The notes: generated by a model not told the origin, from the sequence alone. A DNA stretch of 64,000 nucleotides from Acidimicrobiia bacterium (GCA_046331155.1 JAXLRK010000001.1:1029335-1093334); one strand, 5' to 3'. Positions 35,924 through 45,656 are shown, counted from the stretch's first letter. Program-made: numbers and translations.

Positions 35924-37651
35924 ATGAGCCGCGACGCCACGACCGCTTGTGCCCGAACGCTCGTCGACGAGTGGGCGCGCTGCGGGATCGCCGACCTGTG
36001 CCTGGCGCCGGGCTCGCGGTCCACGCCGTTGGCGCTCGCGGCCACCGCGGACGACCGCATCCGAACCCACGTGCACCTCGACGAGCGGTCGGCGTCGTTC
36101 TTCGGGCTCGGGCTGGCGAAGGCAACCGACCGTCCCGTCGTCCTGCTGTGCACCTCGGGCACCGCAGCGACGAACTTCCACCCGGCGGTGGTCGAGGCCC
36201 ATCACGGTCGAGTGCCGCTGATCGTGTGCACGGCCGACCGCCCGCCCGAGCTCCGCGACACCGGCGCGCCCCAGACGATCGACCAGTTGCAGCTCTACGG
36301 GAGCGCGGTCAACTGGTTCGTCGACGTGGCCACGCCCACCGATCGCCCTCGCGTGGGCGAGTACTGGCGGTCGATCGCGTCGCGGGCCGTCGGCGAGGCC
36401 CTCGGCCAGCCGCGCGGGCCCGTGCACGTGAACCTGCCGCTTCGCGAGCCCCTGGTCCCGACGGGTGAGCCGCTCGTCGACGCGCCCGGGCGCCCGAACG
36501 GGCGCCCCTGGACCGCGGTCACGCATGGCCGCTCGAGCCCTGATCCCGCGCTGGTCGACCGCATCACCGACGACGTGCTCGCCAACCCCCGCGGGTTCCT
36601 CGTGGCCGGCTGGGGTGCCGGCGTCACGCCCGAGACGGCGCGGCGGTTCGCCCACGCGGCCGGCTGGCCCATCCTGGCCGACCCGTTGTCGGGGCTCCGG
36701 ACGGGCGACCACGCGGTGTCCACCTACGAGGCGCTGCTCCGGGCCGAGGGGTTCGCCGACGCCGCCCAGCCCGATCTCGTGGTGCGGCTCGGCGCGTCGG
36801 TCACGAGCAAGGTCGCCACCGAGTGGCTCGACCTCTCGGTACCGCAGCTCCTCGTCGATCCCGACGCCGGCGCGCTCGACCCGAAGCGGGCGGTGAGCGA
36901 GCGCATGGTCGTGGATCCCGAGCTGTTGCTCTCCGCGGTCGCCAACCAGCTCGTGCCGCCGGTGGAGTCGCCGTGGTTGCACGGCTGGACCGAAGCCGAA
37001 GCCGTCGCGCGCGAAGCGATCGACCAGCTCCTCGACACGTGGGCCGACCCGTTCGAGGGCCGCATCGCGCGAGACGTCGTTGCGGCGCTGCCCGACGGCG
37101 CGACGCTCGCGGTCGCGTCGAGCATGCCGGTGCGCGACGTCGAGTCCTTTGCAGCACCGCGCGACGGGGTGCGGTTCCTCGCGAACCGCGGCGCCAACGG
37201 CATCGACGGCTTCGTGTCGACCGTCCTCGGGGCGGCTGCCGGCGCGAGCTCGCCCGCGACCGGTGACGGTCCGGTCGTCGGGCTGCTCGGGGACCTGTGC
37301 TTCCTGCACGACTCGAACGGGCTGCTCGGCGCGACCGAGCGGGGGATCGACGCCACCCTCGTGGTGGTCGACAACGACGGCGGTGGCATCTTCTCGTTCC
37401 TGCCGCAGGCCGACCGCCCCGAGCGCTTCGAGCAGCTGTTCGGCACACCGCACGGGCTCGACCTCGTGGCGCTGTGCGACGCCTACAAGGTACCGGCATC
37501 ACGGGTCGAGAAGGCGACCGACCTCGTCGTGGCCCTCGGGGAGTCGATCGCCGCGGGTGGCGTGCACGTCGTCGTCGTCCCGACCCATCGGGCCGAGAAC
37601 GTCGCCCGTCACCGCGAGGTGTGGAAGGTCGTGGCGCGCGCGCTCGACTGA
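35924..37651 (+). CDS. menD: 2-succinyl-5-enolpyruvyl-6-hydroxy-3-cyclohexene-1-carboxylate (SEPHCHC) synthase
   Basis: 575 aa. ThDP enzyme: PGSRSTPLALA, LCTSGTAATNFHPAVVEA, GANGIDG. Confidence 0.92.
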   Translation: MSRDATTACARTLVDEWARCGIADLCLAPGSRSTPLALAATADDRIRTHVHLDERSASFFGLGLAKATDRPVVLLCTSGTAATNFHPAVVEAHHGRVPLIVCTADRPPELRDTGAPQTIDQLQLYGSAVNWFVDVATPTDRPRVGEYWRSIASRAVGEALGQPRGPVHVNLPLREPLVPTGEPLVDAPGRPNGRPWTAVTHGRSSPDPALVDRITDDVLANPRGFLVAGWGAGVTPETARRFAHAAGWPILADPLSGLRTGDHAVSTYEALLRAEGFADAAQPDLVVRLGASVTSKVATEWLDLSVPQLLVDPDAGALDPKRAVSERMVVDPELLLSAVANQLVPPVESPWLHGWTEAEAVAREAIDQLLDTWADPFEGRIARDVVAALPDGATLAVASSMPVRDVESFAAPRDGVRFLANRGANGIDGFVSTVLGAAAGASSPATGDGPVVGLLGDLCFLHDSNGLLGATERGIDATLVVVDNDGGGIFSFLPQADRPERFEQLFGTPHGLDLVALCDAYKVPASRVEKATDLVVALGESIAAGGVHVVVVPTHRAENVARHREVWKVVARALD

Positions 37652-37662
37652 TCGCTCGATCG

Positions 37663-38877
37663 CTACGAGGGCACGCGCTCGTCGAGTGCGTGGGGGGACC
37701 CGTAGTCCGCGAGGAGGTCGAGGAAGGGCACGGCGTCGAACGCCTCGGGCCCGACGACACCGGCGCCCGCCCACGCTCCGTCGCTGAGCAGCTCGAGCGC
37801 GACGACCGGGTTGATCGCCGTCTGCCACACGACCGCCTGCGATCCGTACCGGCCCATCACCTCGTCGTTGTCCACGACATGGTGCAGGTACAGCTCCCGC
37901 GGGTTGCCGTCGGCGCCGGTGCCACGCACCCAGGTGCCCGCGCACGTCAGGCCGTGCATGCGGCTGCCGAGGTCGGCGGGGTTGGGCAGCACGGCGGCGA
38001 CGACGTCACGCGGCGAGACCTCGGCGTTCCCGACCCGCACCGTGTCGGTCCGGTCGAGGCCCAGCTTGTGCAGGGTCTTGAGCACCTCGATGAACTCGTC
38101 GCCGAGCCCGTACTTGAACGTCACCCGGTTGCACTCGACCCACCGCGGGATGAGCAGCACCTCCTCGTGCTCGACGTTCACGCACTCGACGTCGCCGATG
38201 CCTGCGGGGAAGTGGAACGTCTCCGGTTCGGAGAACGGTGGTGTGGTGAACCAGCCGCGGTCGCGTTCCCAGACCACCGGCGGGTTGAGGCACTCCTCGA
38301 TCGTCGTCCAGATCGAGAAGGTGGGCGCGAAGTCGAAGCCGTCGACCGAGAGGTTGGCCCCGTCGCGCACACCGATCTCGTCGATGCTCTCGAACAGGTG
38401 GTCGGCCGCGTAGCGAGCGAAGACGTCGGACAGCCCCGGCTCCACGCCGACGCCGCACAGTGCGAGGAGCCCGGCTGCGCGCCACTGGGCGTCCTGGGCG
38501 AACTGGAGATCGCCGAGCTTCACGCCGCACGCCTCGTGGGGGAGGACTCGGTGCGGGCTGGACAACGTCATCGCGAGGTCGAGGTACGTGCACCCGGCTC
38601 CGAACGCGGCGTCGAAGATGGGCGGGTTGAGCCGTGGATCACACGCGTTGACGATGACGTCGACCCGCTGTCCCCGCGCCAGCTCCACGAGCTCGCTCGC
38701 GTTCGACGCGTCGACGCACTCCGCGGTGATCTTGGGACTGTTCGCGGACTCCGCGGCGCGGCGAGCCCGCACGTCGTCGACGTCCGCCACGACGAGGTGC
38801 TCGAAGAAGTCGCGATGGGCGGCGATCGCCGCGATCGCCCGCCCGACACCGCCGGCACCCACCACGAGGATCCGCAT
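37663..38877 (-). CDS. Saccharopine dehydrogenase-family NAD(P) oxidoreductase
   Basis: 404 aa from ATG 38877. MRILVVGAGGVGRAIA Rossmann motif and the C-terminal saccharopine-DH-like domain. Confidence 0.8.
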   Translation of the reverse strand: MRILVVGAGGVGRAIAAIAAHRDFFEHLVVADVDDVRARRAAESANSPKITAECVDASNASELVELARGQRVDVIVNACDPRLNPPIFDAAFGAGCTYLDLAMTLSSPHRVLPHEACGVKLGDLQFAQDAQWRAAGLLALCGVGVEPGLSDVFARYAADHLFESIDEIGVRDGANLSVDGFDFAPTFSIWTTIEECLNPPVVWERDRGWFTTPPFSEPETFHFPAGIGDVECVNVEHEEVLLIPRWVECNRVTFKYGLGDEFIEVLKTLHKLGLDRTDTVRVGNAEVSPRDVVAAVLPNPADLGSRMHGLTCAGTWVRGTGADGNPRELYLHHVVDNDEVMGRYGSQAVVWQTAINPVVALELLSDGAWAGAGVVGPEAFDAVPFLDLLADYGSPHALDERVPS

Positions 38878-38905
38878 GTGGGCACGATACGCCTCGGCGG
38901 AGCGC

Positions 38906-40123
38906 TCAGCCGGTGAGGACCCCGAGCACGGTGGCGAGCTTCGCCTCGGTCTCCCGCCACTCGGCGCCCGGGTCGGAGCCCTCGACGATGCCGGCGCCGG
39001 CGCGCACGATCGCCCGGCCGCCCTCGACCTCGGCACCGCGGAGCGCGACCGCCCACTCGCCGTTGCCCGTGGCGTCCACCCACCCGACCGGGCCCGCGTA
39101 CCGACCTCGGTCGAAGCCCTCGAGCTCGGCGAGTGCGGCGAGCGCGGCATCGGTCGGACATCCGCCCACGGCGGGCGTGGGGTGCAGGGCGAGCGCGAGG
39201 TCGAGCGCCGAGTGGTCGTCGGTGCCGACCCGGGCCGTGATGGTCGTCGCGAGGTGCGCGACGTCGGGAAGCCGCGCGATCTCCGGAACGGGCGATGCGG
39301 TCACGTCCGTGCAGTGCTTCTCCAGGACTCCGACGACGTCGTCGACGACGAGCCGGTGCTCGAGGGCGTCCTTCGCCGACGCCGCGAGCTCGGTGAGCGC
39401 GACCGCGTCGGCCGCGCCGTCGACCCCGCGGGCAACGGTGCCGGCCATCGGACGCGACCAGACCCGTGCGCCGTTCCGCGCCACGAGGAGCTCGGGGCTG
39501 GCGCCGACGAACCGAGGCGCGGCGTACACGAAACAGCCGGGCTGGGTGGCCGCGAGCTTGGCGAGCAGAGCGGGGGCGTCGAAGGTCCGGGTCGCGTCGA
39601 CGACGACCTGACGCGCGAGTACGAGCTTGCTCAGCTCGCCTCGGCGAATGCGCTCGAGCGCGACGCGTACCTTCGCCTCCCACGACTCGCGATCGGCGAC
39701 GACGAACGCCTCCGCGGGAACCGGCGCGGCGGGTTCGCGTACGGGTCCGTCGGGTGCGGGCACCGTCGCCGTTGCCGCACCGGTGATCTCGGTGGCCCAA
39801 CGGGTGCCGTCGGCCGCGATGCCGACGACGCGAGCGGGGACGACGAGCGACGCACGCGACGGATCGGCGAACGGCAGCGCGCCGACCGCGATGGGGCCGG
39901 TGCCGGGCCGGCGGACGGGATCGTCGGCGCGGACCGAGCGCAGGAAACGGGTGGCGTCGGTGGCCGGCACGACGGCGGCCACGCCGGCGGTGACGAATCC
40001 GACGCCATCGCGGATCCACGCGTGGCCACGTGCGCCGAGGTGATCGAGCACCGGCCGGTCGTCGGCGGCGAAGCGTGTCCGGGCGACGAGCCCCGGGACG
40101 CCGACGGGTTCCGCGACCGTCAT
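38906..40123 (-). CDS. menF: Isochorismate synthase
   Basis: 405 aa from ATG 40123 (ATGA overlap with the menG stop). Chorismate-binding motifs FVGASPELLV, HPTPAVGG and GRYAGPVGW. Confidence 0.88.
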   Translation of the reverse strand: MTVAEPVGVPGLVARTRFAADDRPVLDHLGARGHAWIRDGVGFVTAGVAAVVPATDATRFLRSVRADDPVRRPGTGPIAVGALPFADPSRASLVVPARVVGIAADGTRWATEITGAATATVPAPDGPVREPAAPVPAEAFVVADRESWEAKVRVALERIRRGELSKLVLARQVVVDATRTFDAPALLAKLAATQPGCFVYAAPRFVGASPELLVARNGARVWSRPMAGTVARGVDGAADAVALTELAASAKDALEHRLVVDDVVGVLEKHCTDVTASPVPEIARLPDVAHLATTITARVGTDDHSALDLALALHPTPAVGGCPTDAALAALAELEGFDRGRYAGPVGWVDATGNGEWAVALRGAEVEGGRAIVRAGAGIVEGSDPGAEWRETEAKLATVLGVLTG

Positions 40124-40812
40124 CGCCGGGTCCCCGTCAGGAGTTGCACGGCCCCGCCCGTGAAGGTGGTGCGCACGACGTCCGCGAACCCCGCGCGCTC
40201 GACGAGGGCGACGAGTTCGCGGGGAGAGGGGAGGTACGCGGTCGACGCCGGAAGGTACGCGTAGGCCTCGCGGTCGTGGGCGAGCACCCGCCCGAGCGCG
40301 GGGACGGTCCACCGGAACCAGACGTGGTGGCCGGCACGCATGAGCGCCCGTTCGGGCACAGCCGCGTCGAGCGAGGCGAGCCGCCCACCGGGGCGTAGCA
40401 CGCGTGCGCACTCGGCGAAGAACGCGACGAGGTCCGCGAAGTTGCGCAGCGCGAAACCGCAGACGACGCCGTCGACCGACGCGTCGGGGACGGGCAGGTT
40501 GGTGGCGTCGCCGCGGACGAGCGGTGCGGTCGTACGCGCGCTCGCGAGCATGCCGGCCGAGAAGTCGACCCCGACGGGCCGGTAGCCGCGGGCGGTCGCG
40601 TCGTTGCAGAGGTCGCCCGTGCCGCACGCGAGGTCGAGCACGGTGGCGCTGCCGGGGAGGCCGAGCGCGTCGATCGCGTGGCGGCGCCACCGCCGGTCCT
40701 GGCCCAGCGAGATGACGCGGTTCATGCGATCGTAGCGGCCGGAGATGCGGTCGAACATCGCTTCGACCGCGGGGGCCTTCGCCGCGCCGGCCGGCAGCTC
40801 GGCCGTCTTCAT
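40120..40812 (-). CDS. menG: Demethylmenaquinone methyltransferase
   Basis: 230 aa. FDRISGRYDRMN and DLACGTGD SAM motifs (UbiE/MenG family). Confidence 0.9.
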   Translation of the reverse strand: MKTAELPAGAAKAPAVEAMFDRISGRYDRMNRVISLGQDRRWRRHAIDALGLPGSATVLDLACGTGDLCNDATARGYRPVGVDFSAGMLASARTTAPLVRGDATNLPVPDASVDGVVCGFALRNFADLVAFFAECARVLRPGGRLASLDAAVPERALMRAGHHVWFRWTVPALGRVLAHDREAYAYLPASTAYLPSPRELVALVERAGFADVVRTTFTGGAVQLLTGTRR

Positions 40813-41555
40813 CGCGCGACCTCGCGCAGCCGTTCCGTGACGTCGTTGGCCTCGAGGTGCTCCTGCGCGACCTCGAGGAGCACGCGCCGGAAGTGGTTGG
40901 CCACGATTGCCGTGACGGCCGGGAGTAGGCGGTCGAACGCGTCGACGAGCCGGCGCGCCTTCTCGTCGTCGGTCGCGTCGGACGATCGGAGTGGCCGGCG
41001 AACGTGTTCGTCGAACATCTCGACGGCGTCGCGTGCGATGTCGACGGTCGTGTCGTGATGGCGCCGGGCCAGCGCGAGGAGCTCCGGGAGCGGCAGCCCG
41101 ACCTCGAGGAGTCGCAACCCCGCGGCCACGAGCTCCGCGTCGGCCGCCGTGTACCGCGCCTCGCCGTCGACGGGCCGGGCCGGCAGGAGCCCCTGCGCCA
41201 CGACGGCCTCGAGCAACGGAGCGGGAGCTCCCGACCGGTCGGCGAGCTCGGTGAGCGTGAGCGGGTGGTCGTGGGCCGGGAGGTCGTGGCGGGCCTCGGC
41301 GACCGCGGCGGCCAGCGGGACGTCGGCGGCGTCGAGCTCGCCCGCGAACACCCGGTGGATCACCCGGAGCGAGAAGCCCTGCTGCTGGAGGTCGCGGATC
41401 CGCGCCAGACGCTCGACGTGTTCCGGTCCGTACCAGCCGATCCGGCCCTCCCGCGCCGGGGGCTCGAGCAGGCGACGCTTCTGGTAGAAGCGGATCGTGT
41501 CGACCGACGTGTCGCTGCGCCGGGCCAGCTCCTCGATGCGCAGCCGCTCGTCCAC
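40809..41555 (-). CDS. MerR-family transcriptional regulator with a second MerR-like domain
   Basis: 248 aa with a GTG start. LRIEELARRSDTSVDTIRFYQKRRLL HTH, and a second segment LTLTELADRSGAPAPLLEAVV. No cysteines. Its stop overlaps the menG start (ATGA). Confidence 0.85.
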   Translation of the reverse strand: MDERLRIEELARRSDTSVDTIRFYQKRRLLEPPAREGRIGWYGPEHVERLARIRDLQQQGFSLRVIHRVFAGELDAADVPLAAAVAEARHDLPAHDHPLTLTELADRSGAPAPLLEAVVAQGLLPARPVDGEARYTAADAELVAAGLRLLEVGLPLPELLALARRHHDTTVDIARDAVEMFDEHVRRPLRSSDATDDEKARRLVDAFDRLLPAVTAIVANHFRRVLLEVAQEHLEANDVTERLREVAR

Positions 41556-41561
41556 GACCCG

Positions 41562-41591
41562 ATTGTAGGAGTGATCACTCCCGCGGTTCTA
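41562..41591 (-). promoter_or_regulatory. Candidate MerR-type promoter: -35 TAGAAC, 18-nt spacer containing perfect palindrome GGAGTGATCACTCC, -10 TACAAT
   Basis: On the minus strand TACAAT (41567-41562) ends 6 nt before the regulator GTG, which implies a leaderless or near-leaderless mRNA. The palindrome at 41568-41581 abuts the -10. Confidence 0.45.
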
Positions 41592-41671
41592 CTCGCCCGG
41601 AACCCCCCTCTTACGAACTGGACTGTGTGGCGGTACCCGTAGGGGCCCGCGGTGCGGACCAGTTCGGTGTC

Positions 41672-42439
41672 TCAGGGGTTGGTCCATCGAGGCGGGCGCT
41701 TCTCGGCGAAGGCGCGAGCGCCCTCGATCGAGTCCTCGGATGCGAACACGTCGACGGCGAGCTCGCCGGAACGGGTCCAGGCGTCGACCTCAGTGAGGTC
41801 GACGGCCTCGCGCAGCATGTGCCGGGCCGCGCGCGTCGCGGTGGGTGGGTTCGCGCAGACGGCGTCGGCCAGGGCGAGCGCCTCGTCGAGGACGCGCTCC
41901 CTCGGGACGACCCGGTTGACGATCCCGAGCTCGTGCGCGCGGGCGGCGGAGATGCGGTGGCCGACCATCCCGATCTCCATCGCCGCCGCGCGGGGCAGCA
42001 TCTTCGGGAGCCGGACGAGCCCGCCTGCGGCCGCGAACAGGCCACGGGTGACTTCGGGCAGGCCGAACTCCGCGTTCTCGGCCGCCACCACGAGGTCGCA
42101 GGTGAGGACGATCTCGAAACCCCCGGCCAGCGCGGAACCGTTGACCGCGGCGATGAGCGGCTTCCCGATGTCGCGGCTCGTGAACCCCCCGAATCCGCCC
42201 CGCCGGGTGAACAGGTCGTTCATCTCCCCGGCGGCGATCTTCTTGAGGTCCGCACCGGCGCAGAACACGTCGCCCGTTCCCGTCACGACGATCGCCCAGA
42301 CGTCGCGGTCCTCCTCCAGCCGGTCGAGCGCGGCCTCGAAGCCCTGCGTGACGTGGCCGTCGACGGCATTGCGCGCTTCGGGTCGGTTGATGCGCAGGAT
42401 CTCGACGTGGCCGCGCCGCTCCCGTTCGATCGCTCCCAT
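41672..42439 (-). CDS. Enoyl-CoA hydratase/isomerase (crotonase family)
   Basis: 255 aa from ATG 42439 (GCGAGGTG SD). ILRINRPEARNAV, FCAGADLK and AAVNGSALAGG motifs. Confidence 0.9.
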   Translation of the reverse strand: MGAIERERRGHVEILRINRPEARNAVDGHVTQGFEAALDRLEEDRDVWAIVVTGTGDVFCAGADLKKIAAGEMNDLFTRRGGFGGFTSRDIGKPLIAAVNGSALAGGFEIVLTCDLVVAAENAEFGLPEVTRGLFAAAGGLVRLPKMLPRAAAMEIGMVGHRISAARAHELGIVNRVVPRERVLDEALALADAVCANPPTATRAARHMLREAVDLTEVDAWTRSGELAVDVFASEDSIEGARAFAEKRPPRWTNP

Positions 42440-42536
42440 CGTGTGCACCTCGCCTGCTCGGTCGACCGCCGGGTGACGCCGGCAATCAGGCGACGCTACC
42501 AATCAGGCCACGCCTGCGATCAGGTGACGGCAGCGA

Positions 42537-43772
42537 TCAGGGGGCGTGCACGACCGGCTCGTCGAGCGCGTCGGCGAACCGGGGCCACGCGATGCGCATG
42601 CCGACCAGCGCGACGGCCATGAGCACGCCGGCGCCCGCGGTCGTGACCCGCAGGCCGGTGACCGTCGCGATCGCGCCCTGGACGATCAGCCCGAGCGGGT
42701 ACATCGTGCCGAGGATCACCGTGAAGACGCTGAGGGTCCGGCCCCGCACCTGGCTGGGGGCGCGCAACTGGGCGACGGTCGTGAAGCTCGATAGCGCCCC
42801 GAGGTAGAGGAAGCCGACCGCGAAGATGGCGAGCGCGCTCGCGGGCACCGTCGGTGCCGCCGCGTAGAGGACGAGCGCGATCGGCAACACGGCGAGCACG
42901 AACAGCAGCACACGGCGGAGACCGAACCGGTGTACGAGGCTGCCGAGCGAGAAGGCCATGAGCACGGCGCCGACGCCTTGGGCCGTGACGAGCACCGCGA
43001 CGCCGGCCGTCCCGCCGCCGAGCACGTCGAGCGCCATCTTCGACACCAGAGCGATGAAGGGTGCCGCCAGCAACGAGTTCACGACCATGAGCGTGATCGC
43101 GGCTCGGATCCCCGGCTCTCGGCGTGCGAACCGGAACCCGGCCCGCATCGACTCCCTGATCGACGTGCCGTCGTGCGGCGCGGGTGGCGGCAGCACCAAT
43201 GGGACCACGACCGCGATTACCGCGAAGAAGCTCAGGGTGTTGATCCCGAACGCCCACGCGTACCCGCCGAAGGCGATGACGATCCCCGCGAGTGCCGGGC
43301 CGATGACGCGACCGAGGTTCCATTGCGCGGCCGACAGCGCGACGGCGGCCGGGAGATCCTCGACGGGTACGAGGTCGGGGAGGATCGACATGTACGTCGG
43401 GAAGCCGATCGCGGCGGCGCACCCGGCGCCGAACATGATGACGAGCACCAGCCCCGGCCGCGCGTCGCCGATCACCGCGAGGAACGTGAGCATGCCCGCG
43501 AACACCGTCTGCACCGCGGTGGTCGTCAGGATGATCGTGCGCCGCTCGTGACGGTCGGCCAGCGCGCCGCCGACGGGCCCGAGGAACGCGGTCGGTACGA
43601 AGCCGGCGGCCATCACCAGGCTCAACCACAGCGAGCTGTGCGTCGCTTCGGTGATCAGGATGCCGACGGCGATGGACTCCATCCAGGTGCCGATGTTCGA
43701 CACGAACGCCCCGGTCCAGAGCAGCGCGTACGCGCGATGGCCGAATGGGGAGAACGAGCGTGGTAGCGGCAT
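42537..43772 (-). CDS. MFS transporter (EntS/MFS_3-like)
   Basis: 411 aa with 12 predicted hydrophobic segments and the GGALADRHERR loop motif. Confidence 0.88.
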   Translation of the reverse strand: MPLPRSFSPFGHRAYALLWTGAFVSNIGTWMESIAVGILITEATHSSLWLSLVMAAGFVPTAFLGPVGGALADRHERRTIILTTTAVQTVFAGMLTFLAVIGDARPGLVLVIMFGAGCAAAIGFPTYMSILPDLVPVEDLPAAVALSAAQWNLGRVIGPALAGIVIAFGGYAWAFGINTLSFFAVIAVVVPLVLPPPAPHDGTSIRESMRAGFRFARREPGIRAAITLMVVNSLLAAPFIALVSKMALDVLGGGTAGVAVLVTAQGVGAVLMAFSLGSLVHRFGLRRVLLFVLAVLPIALVLYAAAPTVPASALAIFAVGFLYLGALSSFTTVAQLRAPSQVRGRTLSVFTVILGTMYPLGLIVQGAIATVTGLRVTTAGAGVLMAVALVGMRIAWPRFADALDEPVVHAP

Positions 43773-43930
43773 CCCGTCGCCAAACCTACCGCTACGCCCC
43801 TAGCGCACCGACCGGCCCGCGGCGGGCCACCACCTGCGGTCCGGATGGGTCTTGCCTGCGGGCGCTCCGCCTGGCACCGTTCGTGGGTCGTTCCGGTCGG
43901 GGGGATCGGAGCACCGAGGAGGGGTCAGAG

Positions 43931-45574
43931 ATGCTCGAGAGCACGATGCAGGACTTCCCGATCACGATCCCGATGATCCTGCGCCACGGTGCCCGCGTGT
44001 TCGCGGACAGCCGGGTGCTGACCTTCACCGGCGACGGGAGCCGCCGCGCCACCTTCGCCGAGGTCGCGACCCGGGCCGAACAGCTCGCCGCCGCCCTCGT
44101 CGCCCTCGGCATCGGACCGGGCGATCGGGTCGGCACGTTCCAGTGGAACAACCAGGAGCACCTCGAGGCGTACCTCGCCATCCCCTGCATGGGCGCAGTC
44201 ATGCACACCGTCAACATCCGTCTGTTCGCGGAGCAGATGGCGTACGTGGTCAACCACGCCGAGGACCGGATCGTGATCGTCGACGACACGTTGGTGCCGC
44301 TGCTCGCCCGCGTGGCGTCCGAGTTGAAGACCGTCGAGGCGTACCTCGTCGTGGGTGCGGGGGAAACGTCCGCGCTCGAGGCCGCCGCCGGGTCGTCCGC
44401 ACGGGTGATGCGCTACGAAGACGCAATCGCCGCGCAATCACCGGGCTTCGAATGGCCGGAGATCGACGAACGGGCCGCGGCCGCGATGTGCTACACGAGC
44501 GGCACGACGGGGAATCCGAAGGGTGTGGTGTACTCGCATCGCTCGACGTTCCTGCACTCGATGGCCGTGCTCGCGGCCAACGTCGTCGGGCTCGTGGAGT
44601 CGGATCGCGTGCTGCCGATCGTGCCGATGTTCCACGCCAACGCGTGGGGCCTGCCGTACGCCGCCTGGCTCGCCGGTTCGGACTTCGTCATGCCGGACCG
44701 CTTCCTCCAGGCGGAGCCGCTGTGCCGGCTGATCGAGCTGGAGCGGCCGACGCTCTCGGGCGCGGTGCCGACGATCTGGTCCGACGTGTTGCGCTACGGC
44801 GAGGACCACCCGGTCGACTTCTCCTCCTTGCGGCTGGTCATGTGCGGCGGCGCGGCCGTGCCGCGCTCGTTGATGGAGCGGTTCCAGGAGCGTCACGGCG
44901 TCCGCATCCTCCAGGGGTGGGGGATGACCGAGACGTCGCCGCTCGCCGCGGTGGCCTCCCCGCCGAAGGGCGTCGAGCCGGGGACGACCGAGGACTTGGA
45001 CTGGCGCTCGAAGACGGGCCGGGTCATCCCGGGCGTGGAGCTGCGCATCGTGGAGGACGACGGGACCGTGCAGCCCTGGGACGGCGACGCCGTCGGCGAG
45101 ATCGAGGTCCGCGGCCCCTGGATCACCGGCTCGTACTACCTCGACCCGTCGCACGAGAAGTTCGGCGACGGGTACCTGCGTACCGGCGACGTCGGCTCGG
45201 TCACCCCGAACGGCTTCATACAGATCACCGACCGGGCCAAGGACGTGATCAAGTCCGGCGGCGAGTGGATCTCGTCGGTCGAGCTCGAGAACCTCTTGAT
45301 GGCGCACCCGGCCGTGGCCGAGGCGTCGGTGATCGCCGTGCCGGACCCGAAGTGGAGCGAACGGCCGCTCGCGTGCGTGGTGCGCAAGGCCGGCTCCGAC
45401 GTCACGGCCGACGAGCTGCGTGAGTTCCTCGCCCGGGATCTCGCCCGGTGGCAGCTGCCCGAGCGGTGGACGTTCGTGGACGAGATCCCGAAGACCTCCG
45501 TCGGCAAGTTCGACAAGAAGGTGCTGCGCGCGCGGTACGCGGACGGCGATCTGAGCGTCGAGGAGCTCGCGTAA
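43931..45574 (+). CDS. Long-chain fatty-acid-CoA ligase (AMP-binding)
   Basis: 547 aa from ATG 43931 (GAGGAGG SD). YTSGTTGNPKGV, GWGMTE, LRTGDVG and KSGGEWISS motifs. Confidence 0.92.
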   Translation: MLESTMQDFPITIPMILRHGARVFADSRVLTFTGDGSRRATFAEVATRAEQLAAALVALGIGPGDRVGTFQWNNQEHLEAYLAIPCMGAVMHTVNIRLFAEQMAYVVNHAEDRIVIVDDTLVPLLARVASELKTVEAYLVVGAGETSALEAAAGSSARVMRYEDAIAAQSPGFEWPEIDERAAAAMCYTSGTTGNPKGVVYSHRSTFLHSMAVLAANVVGLVESDRVLPIVPMFHANAWGLPYAAWLAGSDFVMPDRFLQAEPLCRLIELERPTLSGAVPTIWSDVLRYGEDHPVDFSSLRLVMCGGAAVPRSLMERFQERHGVRILQGWGMTETSPLAAVASPPKGVEPGTTEDLDWRSKTGRVIPGVELRIVEDDGTVQPWDGDAVGEIEVRGPWITGSYYLDPSHEKFGDGYLRTGDVGSVTPNGFIQITDRAKDVIKSGGEWISSVELENLLMAHPAVAEASVIAVPDPKWSERPLACVVRKAGSDVTADELREFLARDLARWQLPERWTFVDEIPKTSVGKFDKKVLRARYADGDLSVEELA

Positions 45575-45577
45575 GCG

Positions 45578-45626
45578 GTTTTGGCTAGCAGACAGTCGGA
45601 ATTGCCGACCGCTCACCAGCCAAAAC
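45578..45626. terminator. Candidate bidirectional terminator hairpin between convergent fadD-like and acyl-CoA dehydrogenase genes
   Basis: GTTTTGGCT (45578-45586) pairs with AGCCAAAAC (45618-45626), with an inner GTCGG/CCGAC stem. The region is locally AT-richer. There is no clean U-tract. Confidence 0.35.
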
Positions 45627-45656
45627 GGGAAGGGGACGCGGGGCGACGGCGCCACA

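Noticed and set aside
43773-43930. Possible riboswitch or structured leader upstream of the fatty-acid-CoA ligase
   Set aside because: Only a short GGCCCG-CGG-CGGGCC hairpin was seen, with no match to any riboswitch class I can recall. This is an ordinary divergent promoter region.
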